This document shows positions 26,736-37,304 of a stretch of 64,000 bases of DNA, piece after piece (the first letter of the stretch is position 1; each line of letters begins with the position of its first letter). Source of the DNA: Chromatiales bacterium (lineage in GTDB: Bacteria; Pseudomonadota; Gammaproteobacteria; UBA6429; Thiohalophilaceae); contig JALVOC010000172.1 of the NCBI GenBank assembly GCA_027032075.1, positions 16,434 to 80,433 of the forward strand. Direction: 5' to 3'. The notes below the pieces were generated by a model. The model searched no databases. It saw only the letters and a program-made list of their open reading frames with translations, and was not told the DNA's origin. Both the position numbers and the translations under genes were made by a program.

Positions 26736-29050
26736 ACCTTAAACTGTGCAACCAGGGACTGCAACTGTACCGACAATTTTGCAAGTTCATCACTGGCCGT
26801 TGTCGTCTGCTGAGAAGCAGATGCGGTTTCTTCCGATACCTGACTGATGGTGATGATGTTTCTGTTCATCTCCTCTGTCACGGCACTCTGCTCCTCTGCC
26901 GCACTGGCGATTTGCGTATTCATCTCACTGATGGTCGTTACCGCCCGGGTAATCGCCTCAAGGGACGAGGCCGCTTCCACCGCAAGCTCCACACCTTGTT
27001 TTGCCTGCATACGCCCTTTTTCCATTGCCTCAACAGCGCGTTGCGCCCCTGTCTGCAGGCGCTCGATCATTTCTTCGATTTCCGCAGTGGATTCCTGTGT
27101 GCGGCTGGCCAGGGTGCGCACTTCGTCGGCAACAACCGCAAATCCCCTGCCCTGCTCACCTGCACGAGCTGCTTCAATCGCGGCATTGAGCGCCAGCAGA
27201 TTGGTCTGTTCCGCAATCCCTTTAATCACATCCAGCACGGTTCCGATGTTTTCGCTGTCATGTTCGACCTGCTGAATCACATCGGCTGCGCTTTCTATAT
27301 CACCTGCCAGTTTCTCTATTTCATTCGTGGTCTGCTGTACCACGGACTTGCCGTTGTTCGCTTCGGTATCACCTTCTTGGGCAGCAGTCGCAGCAGCAGC
27401 GGCATTATTGGCGACTTCCTGTACCGTTGCAGACATTTCATTCATCGCGGTGGCGACCTGATCCGTTTCGGATCTTTGTTTTTCCACCCGCACTCCGCTT
27501 TCCTTCGCTACTGTCGACACCTCCTCGGCAGTGGATGCAAGTTGATTGGTGGCGCTGTGTACCTGCTGGATCAGAGCTTCGAATTTCTCCAGCATTTTGT
27601 TGAAAGCGCCTGCCATCATGCCAATTTCGTCTTTAGAGCTGATGCCGGCACGCACGGAAAGATCGTTGTTGTTCTCAACCTCCTCCATGACACCCCGAAG
27701 CTGAATGATCGGTCTGGTGAGATTGACCGCGAAAAACAGCCCGATACCACACGCCACGAGTGCAACTATCACACTGATTATCAACATGGTCACCAGATTG
27801 TTTCGTGTCATTTCCTTGACAACACGAAATGCCTCATCTTCATCCACTTCACTCAACAACCCCCAGTTCAGACCGGGAATGGACAGCGCCGTGTATGCGG
27901 ACAGCACGGGAATGCCACGATAATCCGGGATAATGTTAAAGCCGGTTTGCCCTGCGACCGCGGCTTTGGCCGAATCAGACTCGACCTTTTGCAGACCTAT
28001 GCTGGTTTCCTTGGCGTTGATTTCCGCAAGCACCTCTGGTGCCACGCCGTTGTTTCGCAAGGCTTCGAGATAACCCGCCTTGTCCTCTATCAGAAACCGG
28101 CTCATGCTGCGCATTTTCAGATCTCCGCCTACCAGATAGGTCTCACCTGAATCCCCCAAGCCATGTTCTTTCCATTGCTGCTCGCTGGTCATGATCTCGT
28201 TAATCCGCCCGATAGGCATCTGAAAGATCAGCACCCCGATTTTTTTATCCCCATCGAATATCGGTGATGCAATAAAGGATGCTGGCGCTTCATAAGAGGG
28301 TGTGTACGGCGCAAAATCAACCAGGGCGACAGCATCGGCATTCGCAGCGCTATTGGCCATGCGAAACACCTTGCCAATGCCGCTATTGGCATACGGTCCA
28401 TTTATCAATGATGTAGTGTAATCCAGCTCCTTGAAAACGGTATAGACGATATCACCTGTTTCCGGATCGACAAGAAAAATATCATAATATTCAAACTTGT
28501 TGAGAAAATCGCGGATATGCGGATGGTATTTTTTGTGCAAAGTTGCGTAGCGCGAATCATCGCCAGGATCATTCAGTTTGTCTTTTGTTCCCAACGGGTT
28601 CGGATTCGCCTGGATGAAACGGTACTGTAATACCACCGACTCGTCATCCAGACTGGAGAGCAAAGGATTGACATCAACGCTTTTACCCGCATTCTGTTTC
28701 TTGTATTCCTCAAGAAAATCCTTGTGGTAATAGTTGCCAAGCTCATTACGCAATCTTTCTACATCCTGCCCCTCCGCCACCTGCCGAAAGGCTTTTTTGA
28801 ACTCCCGCATCGCATCGATAATCATTACATCATTGGAAAAAGTCTGAATCTGGCCACGCAGGGTTTTGAAATAATCCTCAATCTGTGTCTTTTTCGCATC
28901 CCGCACCGCAATCAACTGTTTTTCCACTGCTTCCTCCATTGCCCCGGCGGTGGTGGTGCTGGATATTTTGTAGATAATCCCCGTGCCAATCACGAGCGGC
29001 AGGACGGCCAGACCAATGGAGGTAAAAATCAATTTCTTCTTTAAATTCAT
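26732..29050 (-). CDS. Methyl-accepting chemotaxis protein with periplasmic double-Cache-like sensor
   Basis: N-terminal TM, ~370-aa periplasmic region, second TM, HAMP, and the MA domain ([35 protein letters not shown]). Confidence 0.9.
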   Translation of the reverse strand: MNLKKKLIFTSIGLAVLPLVIGTGIIYKISSTTTAGAMEEAVEKQLIAVRDAKKTQIEDYFKTLRGQIQTFSNDVMIIDAMREFKKAFRQVAEGQDVERLRNELGNYYHKDFLEEYKKQNAGKSVDVNPLLSSLDDESVVLQYRFIQANPNPLGTKDKLNDPGDDSRYATLHKKYHPHIRDFLNKFEYYDIFLVDPETGDIVYTVFKELDYTTSLINGPYANSGIGKVFRMANSAANADAVALVDFAPYTPSYEAPASFIASPIFDGDKKIGVLIFQMPIGRINEIMTSEQQWKEHGLGDSGETYLVGGDLKMRSMSRFLIEDKAGYLEALRNNGVAPEVLAEINAKETSIGLQKVESDSAKAAVAGQTGFNIIPDYRGIPVLSAYTALSIPGLNWGLLSEVDEDEAFRVVKEMTRNNLVTMLIISVIVALVACGIGLFFAVNLTRPIIQLRGVMEEVENNNDLSVRAGISSKDEIGMMAGAFNKMLEKFEALIQQVHSATNQLASTAEEVSTVAKESGVRVEKQRSETDQVATAMNEMSATVQEVANNAAAAATAAQEGDTEANNGKSVVQQTTNEIEKLAGDIESAADVIQQVEHDSENIGTVLDVIKGIAEQTNLLALNAAIEAARAGEQGRGFAVVADEVRTLASRTQESTAEIEEMIERLQTGAQRAVEAMEKGRMQAKQGVELAVEAASSLEAITRAVTTISEMNTQIASAAEEQSAVTEEMNRNIITISQVSEETASASQQTTTASDELAKLSVQLQSLVAQFKV

Positions 29051-29222
29051 GGAAACAACCCTTCACTATCCAGATTCGTCAGAGAGGAACAGCGATTCAA
29101 CCCTGAATACCGGTTTTATTACAAAAACAGCGCAAAGTTATAATGACTTAACCTTAACCTGGTTAAGAGTACTGGGCTACTGACGAGCAAAAGGCCCATC
29201 GGAGGTGACCCAGCTTGAATAA

Positions 29223-29249
29223 ATATCGGAATAAACCTGAATAACTTAA
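29223..29249 (-). promoter_or_regulatory. Weaker sigma-28-type promoter candidate for the Cache chemoreceptor gene
   Basis: On the - strand: TTAAGTTA-N11-TCCGATAT, about 175 nt upstream of the start at 29050. Confidence 0.35.
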
Positions 29250-29385
29250 GGAATCGGACAATATTTTTCCGCTGATTTATCAGGAAAAATTATTTTGCAA
29301 ACGGGTATTTCGGATTCCGCTCCCCTTACAATTGGTATAAACCCGGCGATCGCTCACCTGCTTGCAGTTTTCCGGGCGGCTAGAT

Positions 29386-29589
29386 AGCTGTGCGAAAAAG
29401 GTGTCCAATTCAAATGACAGTGATTTCCATAAAATGGAGGGGCCGTTTCTCCAGTAGCTGCTGGCAAGACACGCTGTGAATACATCCCTGTAAGCTTCAC
29501 GGCAGCATCCCTGCTGCCGAGAGTCTTGCCAGCAGCTACTGAAGAAACGGCTTACCAATTTTTAAAGTGGACACCTTTTTCGCACGGCT
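29386..29589 (-). repeat. Structured intergenic repeat, type-2 copy B (inverted relative to copy A)
   Basis: Outer stem 29386..29406 / 29569..29589. Inner 20-bp stem 29443..29462 / 29531..29550 (one mismatch). The core 29463..29530 is the reverse complement of the copy A core, 67/68 identical. Confidence 0.85.
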
Positions 29590-29719
29590 ATTTAGACGCG
29601 GCACTAAACACAAGGAATACAGAAGGGGGGTTTGACATGGTATCTTGAGAAAATTCCGGCTTTGATGCCGGCACAGAATCTGAAAAACACCTTTTAAATA
29701 AACCACCCTCCAGAACGCA

Positions 29720-29756
29720 TAAAAAAGCCCGGCGTTCTGGATAAAACGCCGGGCTT
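29720..29756 (-). terminator. Rho-independent terminator of the 29782..31164 gene
   Basis: On the - strand: agcccggcgtt-ttatccag-aacgccgggct followed by tttttt. Confidence 0.75.
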
Positions 29757-29781
29757 TCCGGACTCAGCCGGATTTCAATAC

Positions 29782-31164
29782 TCAGAAGGAAGGCGTAAAG
29801 ACAAAATCAAATGCGCCTGTCCAGTCCACACCATTTGGATAAACCGTGGTGAGATAAGCGGGATCCGCGATTGCCTCACTCCGCCAATCCTGCGGATCGG
29901 TCCCCTGGTTCGGTTCCTGCCCGGCAAATCCGTCGACAAACACCGCATTCAACAAATCGGTGCAGTCATCACCAACGTCAGCACATAAACTGCCGGTAAA
30001 ATAGGCGGGGTCCAGTGCCAATTCAGTTATGATCAAGTCCAGCGACGGATCAAATGGAATCCAGGTTCCGCCTGTTGCCGGAGTAGTGCGACCACCACGG
30101 TATTCCGCTGCGGTAATCGTCTTGTTTACATAATCCCAATCCTCATCATCCTCGAAGAAATACACGTCGGTTTTGGTAAAGAGGTAATTCCCCAGATGAT
30201 TGTTGGTATTGGCATTCAACTCCAGCGGCAAAGACAAATCCCGGAATTCGGCGATTGCCGCACCGTTACCAAAACTGTCAGATACCGTATACATCTGCAC
30301 AGTGGGGATTTCCGTAATACCGTCTGCCGGTAAAAACTGCGCTTTCATCTCAATCATGCCGCGTGCCAGAAAGACTTTGCGCAGTGGGTTTGCGTTCAGA
30401 TCTTTGTCGACCTGGATACGGAAACCTTCCGCCCACTGGTTGCCATCGTCAAAGCGTAAAAACATATCGGCCGTTTTCTCGCTGCCATCGTCATTGAAAT
30501 CCATGCGCATCATCGTGGGATCCTCGGGGTCACGGCGATCCGGATTGACACCCATGCCGTCGATGATCAGGCGACCCTCGATATTTCCGTCAGCGGCTTC
30601 GTTCCAGGAAATAAAGAACTGCGGATCATCTCCCACCTGTGGCGGCGCAGAGCGGTCATAACCGTAATACAGACGAATCGTGGTTTGCGTATCCGAATCA
30701 TCCGTTACGCTGTAATGGGTAGGGTTTTCCGGATCATAATTATCGGACGCCTTGTCATTGTCCGTTTCATGAATGATCCCGTCATGCGCTATCCAGTCTG
30801 CCACATCGATTAAAACATCCGCAACACAGGTCCAGGTGGCGACCGCAGATACCATGAATTTCGTCATTTGATAGCCGTTACGGAAGGGATTATCGTCATC
30901 CACACCCTGAAAAGCGCAAGGACCGCTGGACGCCGATGCGGCGGCAAGCGCCAACTGCCCGCGAACCGCCGTTGATTGTGTTCCGCCCGTGAGACTGTCC
31001 GGCAGGTTCATATCCAGAGACAGTTTATCGCCTGACTGCTGCCCGCCATTATCATTGGAAGTATCCTCCACCCCACCGCCACAACCGGCGAGAATGGTCA
31101 GACTCACAACCAAGGCAGGCACCAGCAACTTTTCTCTGAAGATTGTTCCGATGTTTCCAAGCAT
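29782..31164 (-). CDS. Hypothetical lipoprotein (no domain recognised)
   Basis: 460-aa ORF. Signal plus lipobox: LTILAGCGGG. Asp/Gly/Thr-rich secreted-protein composition. Confidence 0.65.
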   Translation of the reverse strand: MLGNIGTIFREKLLVPALVVSLTILAGCGGGVEDTSNDNGGQQSGDKLSLDMNLPDSLTGGTQSTAVRGQLALAAASASSGPCAFQGVDDDNPFRNGYQMTKFMVSAVATWTCVADVLIDVADWIAHDGIIHETDNDKASDNYDPENPTHYSVTDDSDTQTTIRLYYGYDRSAPPQVGDDPQFFISWNEAADGNIEGRLIIDGMGVNPDRRDPEDPTMMRMDFNDDGSEKTADMFLRFDDGNQWAEGFRIQVDKDLNANPLRKVFLARGMIEMKAQFLPADGITEIPTVQMYTVSDSFGNGAAIAEFRDLSLPLELNANTNNHLGNYLFTKTDVYFFEDDEDWDYVNKTITAAEYRGGRTTPATGGTWIPFDPSLDLIITELALDPAYFTGSLCADVGDDCTDLLNAVFVDGFAGQEPNQGTDPQDWRSEAIADPAYLTTVYPNGVDWTGAFDFVFTPSF

Positions 31165-31528
31165 GTTATTTCTCCTGTTTTCCTGGTTCTCTTTGTCTTT
31201 AAAAATACAGACGTATGTAAAATTAAAGTGTGATGGTTATTTTGCTTTCATAAAAAAAGAGACAAAAAACCCGGATATATTTGAATAATCATTACCCCAC
31301 CTGCCAAATCGTGCATAAAATCATTTAATATTGGTGGCTTGGCCTGCTCAGACGAACAACGGGCAGAGGCTGTTGCAAATAATATTTTTCAAAAATTTGC
31401 TGTTTTATTGTCTTGTTATTTAAGGAATAATCAGCGGCGAAGAGACGATGTGCAACCACTATTCTCGAAAATCAGGGGCAACGGTGACATTTAACCTCAA
31501 AACCCAAAAGATTCCGACAGCCAGCCTG

Positions 31529-33430
31529 ATGGACATCCCGGGTCATATTACCAAAGGCGTATTGGTCTTCCTGTGCATCCTCAGCATGCAACCCGCCTGG
31601 GGCAAACCACTGGCGCCACCCGACGATCCGACACAGTCCATTACCTATTGGAAGCCTCATACCATTCCGGCGGAAAAGGATCCGCTGGTGGCACAAACTC
31701 AGGCGGTATTCAGCGTATTGTTGCGGGCCTGGGACAGCTCTCGCCCTGAACCCAGCCTGTATGTGGTTGATTCCGCAGCAGGTCCCTGGGCCGCCTCGTT
31801 GGCGGATGGCAACATCTTGCTCAGTCGCGCCGCAATCGAAACATGCATGCGTTTTGGCAAGGACCGGGCAGAACACTTGTTGGCCTTTGTGCTGGCACAT
31901 GAACTGGCCCATCAACGTTCCGATGATCTCTGGCACCAACGTTTCTTTCGTCTCATCGGCAACCAAACCCCGGAAATAAAAAATAAAATGCTAAGAGGAC
32001 TGCAACTGAACAACAAACTCTGGGCAAATGTTGCACAAAAAGAAGCACAAGCCGATCATGACAGTCTCATCCTGATGTCCAGTGTAGGCTACGATCCCTA
32101 CCAGATTCTGGACAAAAAGGATTTTTTCACCATTTGGGTGGAAAACATCTGGCAAAATTCCTGCAAGCTAAGCCAGACCAACTCACCTGTGGCACAGGCC
32201 TGCAGACAGGCGCAGAGCCGCGCCTTGCGTGCCCGCACGCAGTTAACCAATGTGGCAACACAAGCCATGCTGTATGAATTGGGGATCCAGGCGTTTATCG
32301 CAGGCCGCTACCGCCAGGCACGGCGTTATTTCACCGCCTACGGGCGCAACTACCCAGGCCGTGCGGTGTTATCCGCGCTGGGCTTGAGCCATTTTGCCGA
32401 AGCATTGAATATCAACCGGCAGCTGATAGAAAAACACGGAATGAAACGTCCCGCTTTTTACTATCCGCTGTTGCTGGATGCCACCGCCAGTATCACTCCG
32501 TGGTATCCAAAATCACTCGATGCGATAAAGCGATCCGACACGGCATCCGTGTTCGAACAGCAACAGCAAAAGATGCGAAACAGCATCGAAAACAGTATCA
32601 ACAATTTTGAAAAAGCGATCCGGCTCGAACCCGATCACGCAAAATCCTATCTGCTGCTGGCTTTTTCCTATTTACTCAATGGCAATACCTATATGGCCAG
32701 GGGAGTCGTGCAGGGGAAATATATACCCAAATTTGGCAGCGATGCCGCTTCAGATCTGCTGTTGGCAATGACCAGTGCCCTTGAAGGCGATAAAACCAGG
32801 GCAAGCAGGGCATTTGCACGGCTCATTCGCCAACTTGAAAAACCTCCGGCAAAACCGGTCATTCCCGCTGATTTGCTGGTTTACAGCGCCTACTATAACA
32901 GTGCCGCCTATGCCGAATATCTGGGAGAACAGGCCAGAGCGGATAAACTGTGGAAGGATCTGGCAGTACGGGCAAAATCCAGCGGCAACAGTTTACTCTT
33001 CCGCCTGGCACTGAATCATATCACCCCCCTTGCACCGGCAATCCACCCGTTGACAAGCGCACCGAATATCAACGGTATGCGCCTGGGTGACAGGTTTTCA
33101 CCCGAATCACTGAGTAGCCAGCCACATCGGATCAATGACCTGTGGATAGAAGGCGAGCTATACCATGTTTACCGTCTGGACAACGGCAGCCGCTATATCA
33201 TCGGACCGGACCAGAAGATTATCAGCGCCTGGCAGGATGCCGGTGAAGTCAGTTTGAATAACACGATCATGCTGGGTGACAGCGCAGATCGCCCGCTGAA
33301 AACGCTGGGGGTCCCTGACCGCAGGCTCCACATGATGTCAGGTGAATATCTGGCCTATGACAACTATGGCGTGGCATTGCACATCGTCCGGAACAAAATT
33401 GCAGGATGGTTTCTTTACAATGCCAACTAA
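31529..33430 (+). CDS. Exported M48-family zinc metalloprotease with TPR-like region (BepA-like) and extra C-terminal domain
   Basis: Trimmed to MDIPGHITKGVLVFLCILSMQPAWG (signal peptide). HELAH zinc motif plus the downstream EAQADHDSLILMSSVGYDP. Helical repeat region (FEKAIRLEPDHAKSYLLLAFSYL). Confidence 0.8.
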   Translation: MDIPGHITKGVLVFLCILSMQPAWGKPLAPPDDPTQSITYWKPHTIPAEKDPLVAQTQAVFSVLLRAWDSSRPEPSLYVVDSAAGPWAASLADGNILLSRAAIETCMRFGKDRAEHLLAFVLAHELAHQRSDDLWHQRFFRLIGNQTPEIKNKMLRGLQLNNKLWANVAQKEAQADHDSLILMSSVGYDPYQILDKKDFFTIWVENIWQNSCKLSQTNSPVAQACRQAQSRALRARTQLTNVATQAMLYELGIQAFIAGRYRQARRYFTAYGRNYPGRAVLSALGLSHFAEALNINRQLIEKHGMKRPAFYYPLLLDATASITPWYPKSLDAIKRSDTASVFEQQQQKMRNSIENSINNFEKAIRLEPDHAKSYLLLAFSYLLNGNTYMARGVVQGKYIPKFGSDAASDLLLAMTSALEGDKTRASRAFARLIRQLEKPPAKPVIPADLLVYSAYYNSAAYAEYLGEQARADKLWKDLAVRAKSSGNSLLFRLALNHITPLAPAIHPLTSAPNINGMRLGDRFSPESLSSQPHRINDLWIEGELYHVYRLDNGSRYIIGPDQKIISAWQDAGEVSLNNTIMLGDSADRPLKTLGVPDRRLHMMSGEYLAYDNYGVALHIVRNKIAGWFLYNAN

Positions 33431-33494
33431 ACCACTACAAACTGACCAGATTTTCTGATAATAGCTATACTTGTTGTTACCCTCACAGCTGTTA

Positions 33495-34454
33495 ATGAAC
33501 GACATGAGCACTTCGCATAATCAGCCAGACATTACGCAGACTGAATCCGACACGGATGAGGAACAATTGCAGCTGGCACGCCTTGCAGCCGATGGGGATG
33601 AAACAGCCCGGCGCACGATCAATCAACTGATCCACCCCGTTATCAGTTACCAGACCAGCCGTTTCTGTAAACGTTTTTGCAGGGAAAACCAGTATCGCTA
33701 TGCCTGCACACTGCAGACAGCATGGGGCTCGCCCCCAGCAGATGCAGTGTTATGTGAATGGGGTAATGCCAGTTATGCCTGGATGTTGAATGATCTCACC
33801 AACCGCAAGCGCCTGTTACAGTTTGAAGGAAAAAACGGCGCGCGCATCAATGATTATCTGTACCACATTGCCAATTCCCTGCCGTTCTATGAACGCTGGA
33901 AAGACTGGCGTTTTGGCCGCAAGATCCATGTACCCACCTATATACAGGATCTGAACCCCGATGCCGCAAAAGTATTCCTCGCCCTGCGCAATGGCGAGAC
34001 GGTCCCCGCCATTGCACAGAAACTTGGCAAATCCCAGCAACAAACCGAAGTCCTGTGCCGGCAAATCATTATCACGCTCACACGGAGAAAACGCCTGCAT
34101 CTGCTGGACCCGCCAACAACAATATCACTTACGAAAGCTGCTGGTGGCGAGGTACATGACAATGACGGTGGTGGCAGTGAAACCGAGATCGCCTCCTATG
34201 ACGAGACACCGGAATCCCGGGAAGCAAAAGAAAAGCTGCTGCAGGCCTGGAGCAAACTTTCAACAGTGGAGCAATTTGTACTGGAGGCCATGCTGATCGA
34301 GGAACAGGATGCCAGCGATGTATTACAGGCATTGAAAAAACTGAATATCAGCATCAAGCAGGGAGTGGCGGCAGAAGATACGAGCCGGCAGCAATTGTAT
34401 TATTTCCGCCGTAAAACCCTTGCCAAACTGGCAGATTTAATCAAGGAGTCATGA
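33495..34454 (+). CDS. Divergent sigma-70/ECF-like protein with Cys-rich insert and two region-4-like HTH segments
   Basis: Region-2-like: INDYLYHIANSLPFYERW. HTH-like: AKVFLALRNGETVPAIAQKLGKSQQQTEVLCRQI and EQFVLEAMLIEEQDASDVLQAL. Lies directly upstream of a zf-HC2 anti-sigma-like gene. The assignment is by pattern only. Confidence 0.5.
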   Translation: MNDMSTSHNQPDITQTESDTDEEQLQLARLAADGDETARRTINQLIHPVISYQTSRFCKRFCRENQYRYACTLQTAWGSPPADAVLCEWGNASYAWMLNDLTNRKRLLQFEGKNGARINDYLYHIANSLPFYERWKDWRFGRKIHVPTYIQDLNPDAAKVFLALRNGETVPAIAQKLGKSQQQTEVLCRQIIITLTRRKRLHLLDPPTTISLTKAAGGEVHDNDGGGSETEIASYDETPESREAKEKLLQAWSKLSTVEQFVLEAMLIEEQDASDVLQALKKLNISIKQGVAAEDTSRQQLYYFRRKTLAKLADLIKES

Positions 34455-34528
34455 ATTTTTCTGTTTTTGTTTAAATCATGCCGATGTTGGCGTCTCGTTA
34501 TTCATAAACTGACTGGCAGAATGTAACC

Positions 34529-35470
34529 ATGAACACGACAACCCATCCAAATACTGAAGCGCTGGCGGCTTTTCTGGCGGATCCGCAAGCTGCGGAATTC
34601 GAGGAACTCAGCCTGCACCTGGCGAGCTGCGGCGATTGCCGCTCCCAGGTAAAAGTGCTGTCCGCCTTACGGGAGAACCCGGCCATTATTGATTCTGCCT
34701 ATCGGCAAACTGCTGCCGGGGACACCGCCGATCTTGAGCAGGCCATGCAACAGCAGCAGATTGAGTATTATGTAGATGGCCGACTGCAGGGTGAGGAAAA
34801 ACAGCGCACTGCAACACTGCTGCAAGACAATCCTCTGGCTTTGAAAGCGGCCTTGCATTATGCCTGCCACAGTTCGGCGATGCGCGGAAAAACGGCAGGC
34901 TCCCTCAATGGCTCAACCTCGGGGCAGCGCAGCAAAAACCGGCGAGAGCACTTGGCATTCATGACTGCCGTCAGACACTGGCTGAGACTGCGCACTCCCG
35001 TGTGGCTGGCAGTGCCAACCACGGCAATCGTGACCGTGACGCTGCTCCTGGTGTTGTTACCGCGCACGCCACACTATGCCGGTGATTTCACCATTGCCAG
35101 CTACCAGGACAATGCGGTCATCCAGTTCCAGAAAAAAAATCAATCACCAGGCATTGGTTTTTTCAGTAATGCACACAAGACCATCAAGCCCTATAATAAT
35201 ATGCAGGTAAAACTTGTGAGCGGGCATTCAATCGCGCTATTCTGGCCTGCGGTTGAGAAGGCGAAATCTTACACCCTGCGACTGCAAATGTTCAAAAACG
35301 GACAGAAAATCACCCTGGGAGAGGTTACCACCACAACCACCCATGCGGAATTCACGAATATCGACACCAATGCCGACCTCCGCTATGAATGGGTGTTATC
35401 CGGAGAAACAACCGACAAAAAAACCTTTTACACCTCAGGAGGTTTCGTAATCAATCATCATGATAACTGA
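34529..35470 (+). CDS. Membrane-anchored anti-sigma-factor-like protein (zf-HC2 N-terminus, periplasmic beta-sandwich-like C-terminus)
   Basis: H-x3-C-x2-C motif (LHLASCGDC). Single TM (VWLAVPTTAIVTVTLLLVLL). About 140-aa periplasmic domain. Confidence 0.65.
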   Translation: MNTTTHPNTEALAAFLADPQAAEFEELSLHLASCGDCRSQVKVLSALRENPAIIDSAYRQTAAGDTADLEQAMQQQQIEYYVDGRLQGEEKQRTATLLQDNPLALKAALHYACHSSAMRGKTAGSLNGSTSGQRSKNRREHLAFMTAVRHWLRLRTPVWLAVPTTAIVTVTLLLVLLPRTPHYAGDFTIASYQDNAVIQFQKKNQSPGIGFFSNAHKTIKPYNNMQVKLVSGHSIALFWPAVEKAKSYTLRLQMFKNGQKITLGEVTTTTTHAEFTNIDTNADLRYEWVLSGETTDKKTFYTSGGFVINHHDN

Positions 35471-36533
35471 TGTGAGGTTTGACATGTTTTTTACCATAAA
35501 TTTTTCCAGGCACAACCGCGGTAATTTACACCGCTTGGCAGCAGTGCTGTTGTTTTGCCTGTATACCGTCGTGGTTTCGGCGGAATCCAGGGGGATCACC
35601 ATAGAAACCACGACACACAACAACAATATCACCTTCCTCAACGGTACCTACCGCGCCTTGATTATCGGCAACAATGATTACCGGGACAGCGAAGGTCGCT
35701 GGCCGCCGCTGAAAACCGCTCTCACGGATGCCCGCGCATTAAAACAGATCCTCGAGGATGATTATGGCTTCACCGATATACAGCTTCTTGAAAATGCCAC
35801 ACGCAGAGACGTATTGATCGCACTACAGGAGTTGTCAAAACGTGTCATGGCCAATGACAATGTGCTGGTGTACTATGCAGGCCATGGTTATTTCGATGCA
35901 GACACAAAAAAAGGCTATTGGGTACCGGTAGACGCAAAAGGAACGGATCAAACCACTTTTTTGCGCAATTCAACCATTCGTGACGAATTAAGCATCATCG
36001 CATCCCGCAGCAGGCATACACTTCTCATCTCTGATTCCTGCTTCAGCGGTACTTTATTACGCAGCAATACCCGCAGTATACGACCCGAAATGTATACTGA
36101 TCTGTATTACCGCAAGGTGGCCACGAAAAAAAGTGTCCAAATCATGTCTTCAGGCGGCATCGAGTATGTAGATGATGACTACAATACTTCCGGCCATTCA
36201 CCTTTTACCTATTTTCTGCTGAATGAACTGAAATACAATGACCGCAAAATGCTCACCCTCAGTGAACTATCCACCAATGTGGAAAAAGCGGTGGCAAACA
36301 ATGTATCGCAGGTACCGGAAAGCGGTGTCCTGCAGGGCGCCGGGGATGAACTGGGTGAATTTATTTTTATTAAACTAAACGTTTCCGTTGATGGTGTTCC
36401 CAAAGACAAGGTAAAGGTACAAGTCAATGTTGTACCGGCTGAGGCGCAAAGTTCAAACCGGGAACCAGAAGCCGTAACACCCAGGAAACAGGACAAGATG
36501 GAGCGCCTCGTGGCCCCCATACCGACTCTTTAA
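35460..36533 (+). CDS. Exported caspase-family (peptidase C14) orthocaspase
   Basis: YRALIIGNNDY start of the p20-like fold. Catalytic His in VYYAGHG and Cys in ISDSCFSG. N-terminal hydrophobic signal/anchor. The first ATG overlaps the upstream stop by 11 nt (alternative ATG at 35484). Confidence 0.85.
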   Translation: MITDVRFDMFFTINFSRHNRGNLHRLAAVLLFCLYTVVVSAESRGITIETTTHNNNITFLNGTYRALIIGNNDYRDSEGRWPPLKTALTDARALKQILEDDYGFTDIQLLENATRRDVLIALQELSKRVMANDNVLVYYAGHGYFDADTKKGYWVPVDAKGTDQTTFLRNSTIRDELSIIASRSRHTLLISDSCFSGTLLRSNTRSIRPEMYTDLYYRKVATKKSVQIMSSGGIEYVDDDYNTSGHSPFTYFLLNELKYNDRKMLTLSELSTNVEKAVANNVSQVPESGVLQGAGDELGEFIFIKLNVSVDGVPKDKVKVQVNVVPAEAQSSNREPEAVTPRKQDKMERLVAPIPTL

Positions 36534-36553
36534 GCTGAAATGGTATAGCAACA

Positions 36554-37273
36554 ATGAAAATTACCAAAACATATCTGATACTCCTGCTGGGCAGCATCTT
36601 TTTGTATTCACTCAATGCCCAGGCAGACGGTGATTTGAGCCTGAGCCTGGGGGTGAAATTGCTCGGAGCCAACTGGAGCGGGCATAATCAGAACAGCGAC
36701 ACGGATTTCAGCGCCGGCGGCACCCAATTTGGCCTGAATGCGGCATTGCAAAAAGGCAGATTTTATACAGGACTCAATTTGCAAAGTGGCGAATACACTT
36801 TTGACGACAACGCCCCTGATCAGGTTTCCAAGTCAGGAAGTCAAAGTTATTCGAACGTTAAAATCAAACATAGCGAAGTGGATCTCATTGCCGGCTATTT
36901 TTTCTGGAAACATATCTCCCTCTTCCTGGATATAAAAGGTTTCGGCAACCAGTGGGACAATAATGACTACAAATTGGGATTTTCCGGTATTGGTTTAGGC
37001 GCCTCCGGCATGTGGCCCCTGAGCAAGCGCTGGTCTTTATATGGATCTTTCGGCTTTGTCCCTTCCGGCAAACTGGAAGCAAACAATGAAAAGATCGGCA
37101 GCGGTAGCAGCGCAGCCATCGAATTTGGCAGCATTTTCAGCTTCAATGCGAGTAATCGCCTGACACTGGGATTAAAACAACAATCACGCACCTATAAATT
37201 CGATTCAGGCGACCAGCAGGAACACAAAATGAATGGCATATTTTTGGGATATAGTCACTTGTTCCTTTACTGA
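36554..37273 (+). CDS. Small outer-membrane beta-barrel protein
   Basis: Signal peptide: MKITKTYLILLLGSIFLYSLNAQA. Alternating amphipathic strands. C-terminal aromatic ending ...GYSHLFLY. Confidence 0.7.
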   Translation: MKITKTYLILLLGSIFLYSLNAQADGDLSLSLGVKLLGANWSGHNQNSDTDFSAGGTQFGLNAALQKGRFYTGLNLQSGEYTFDDNAPDQVSKSGSQSYSNVKIKHSEVDLIAGYFFWKHISLFLDIKGFGNQWDNNDYKLGFSGIGLGASGMWPLSKRWSLYGSFGFVPSGKLEANNEKIGSGSSAAIEFGSIFSFNASNRLTLGLKQQSRTYKFDSGDQQEHKMNGIFLGYSHLFLY

Positions 37274-37304
37274 GACGACAATTTACTGATCCTGGTAATA
37301 GAAT

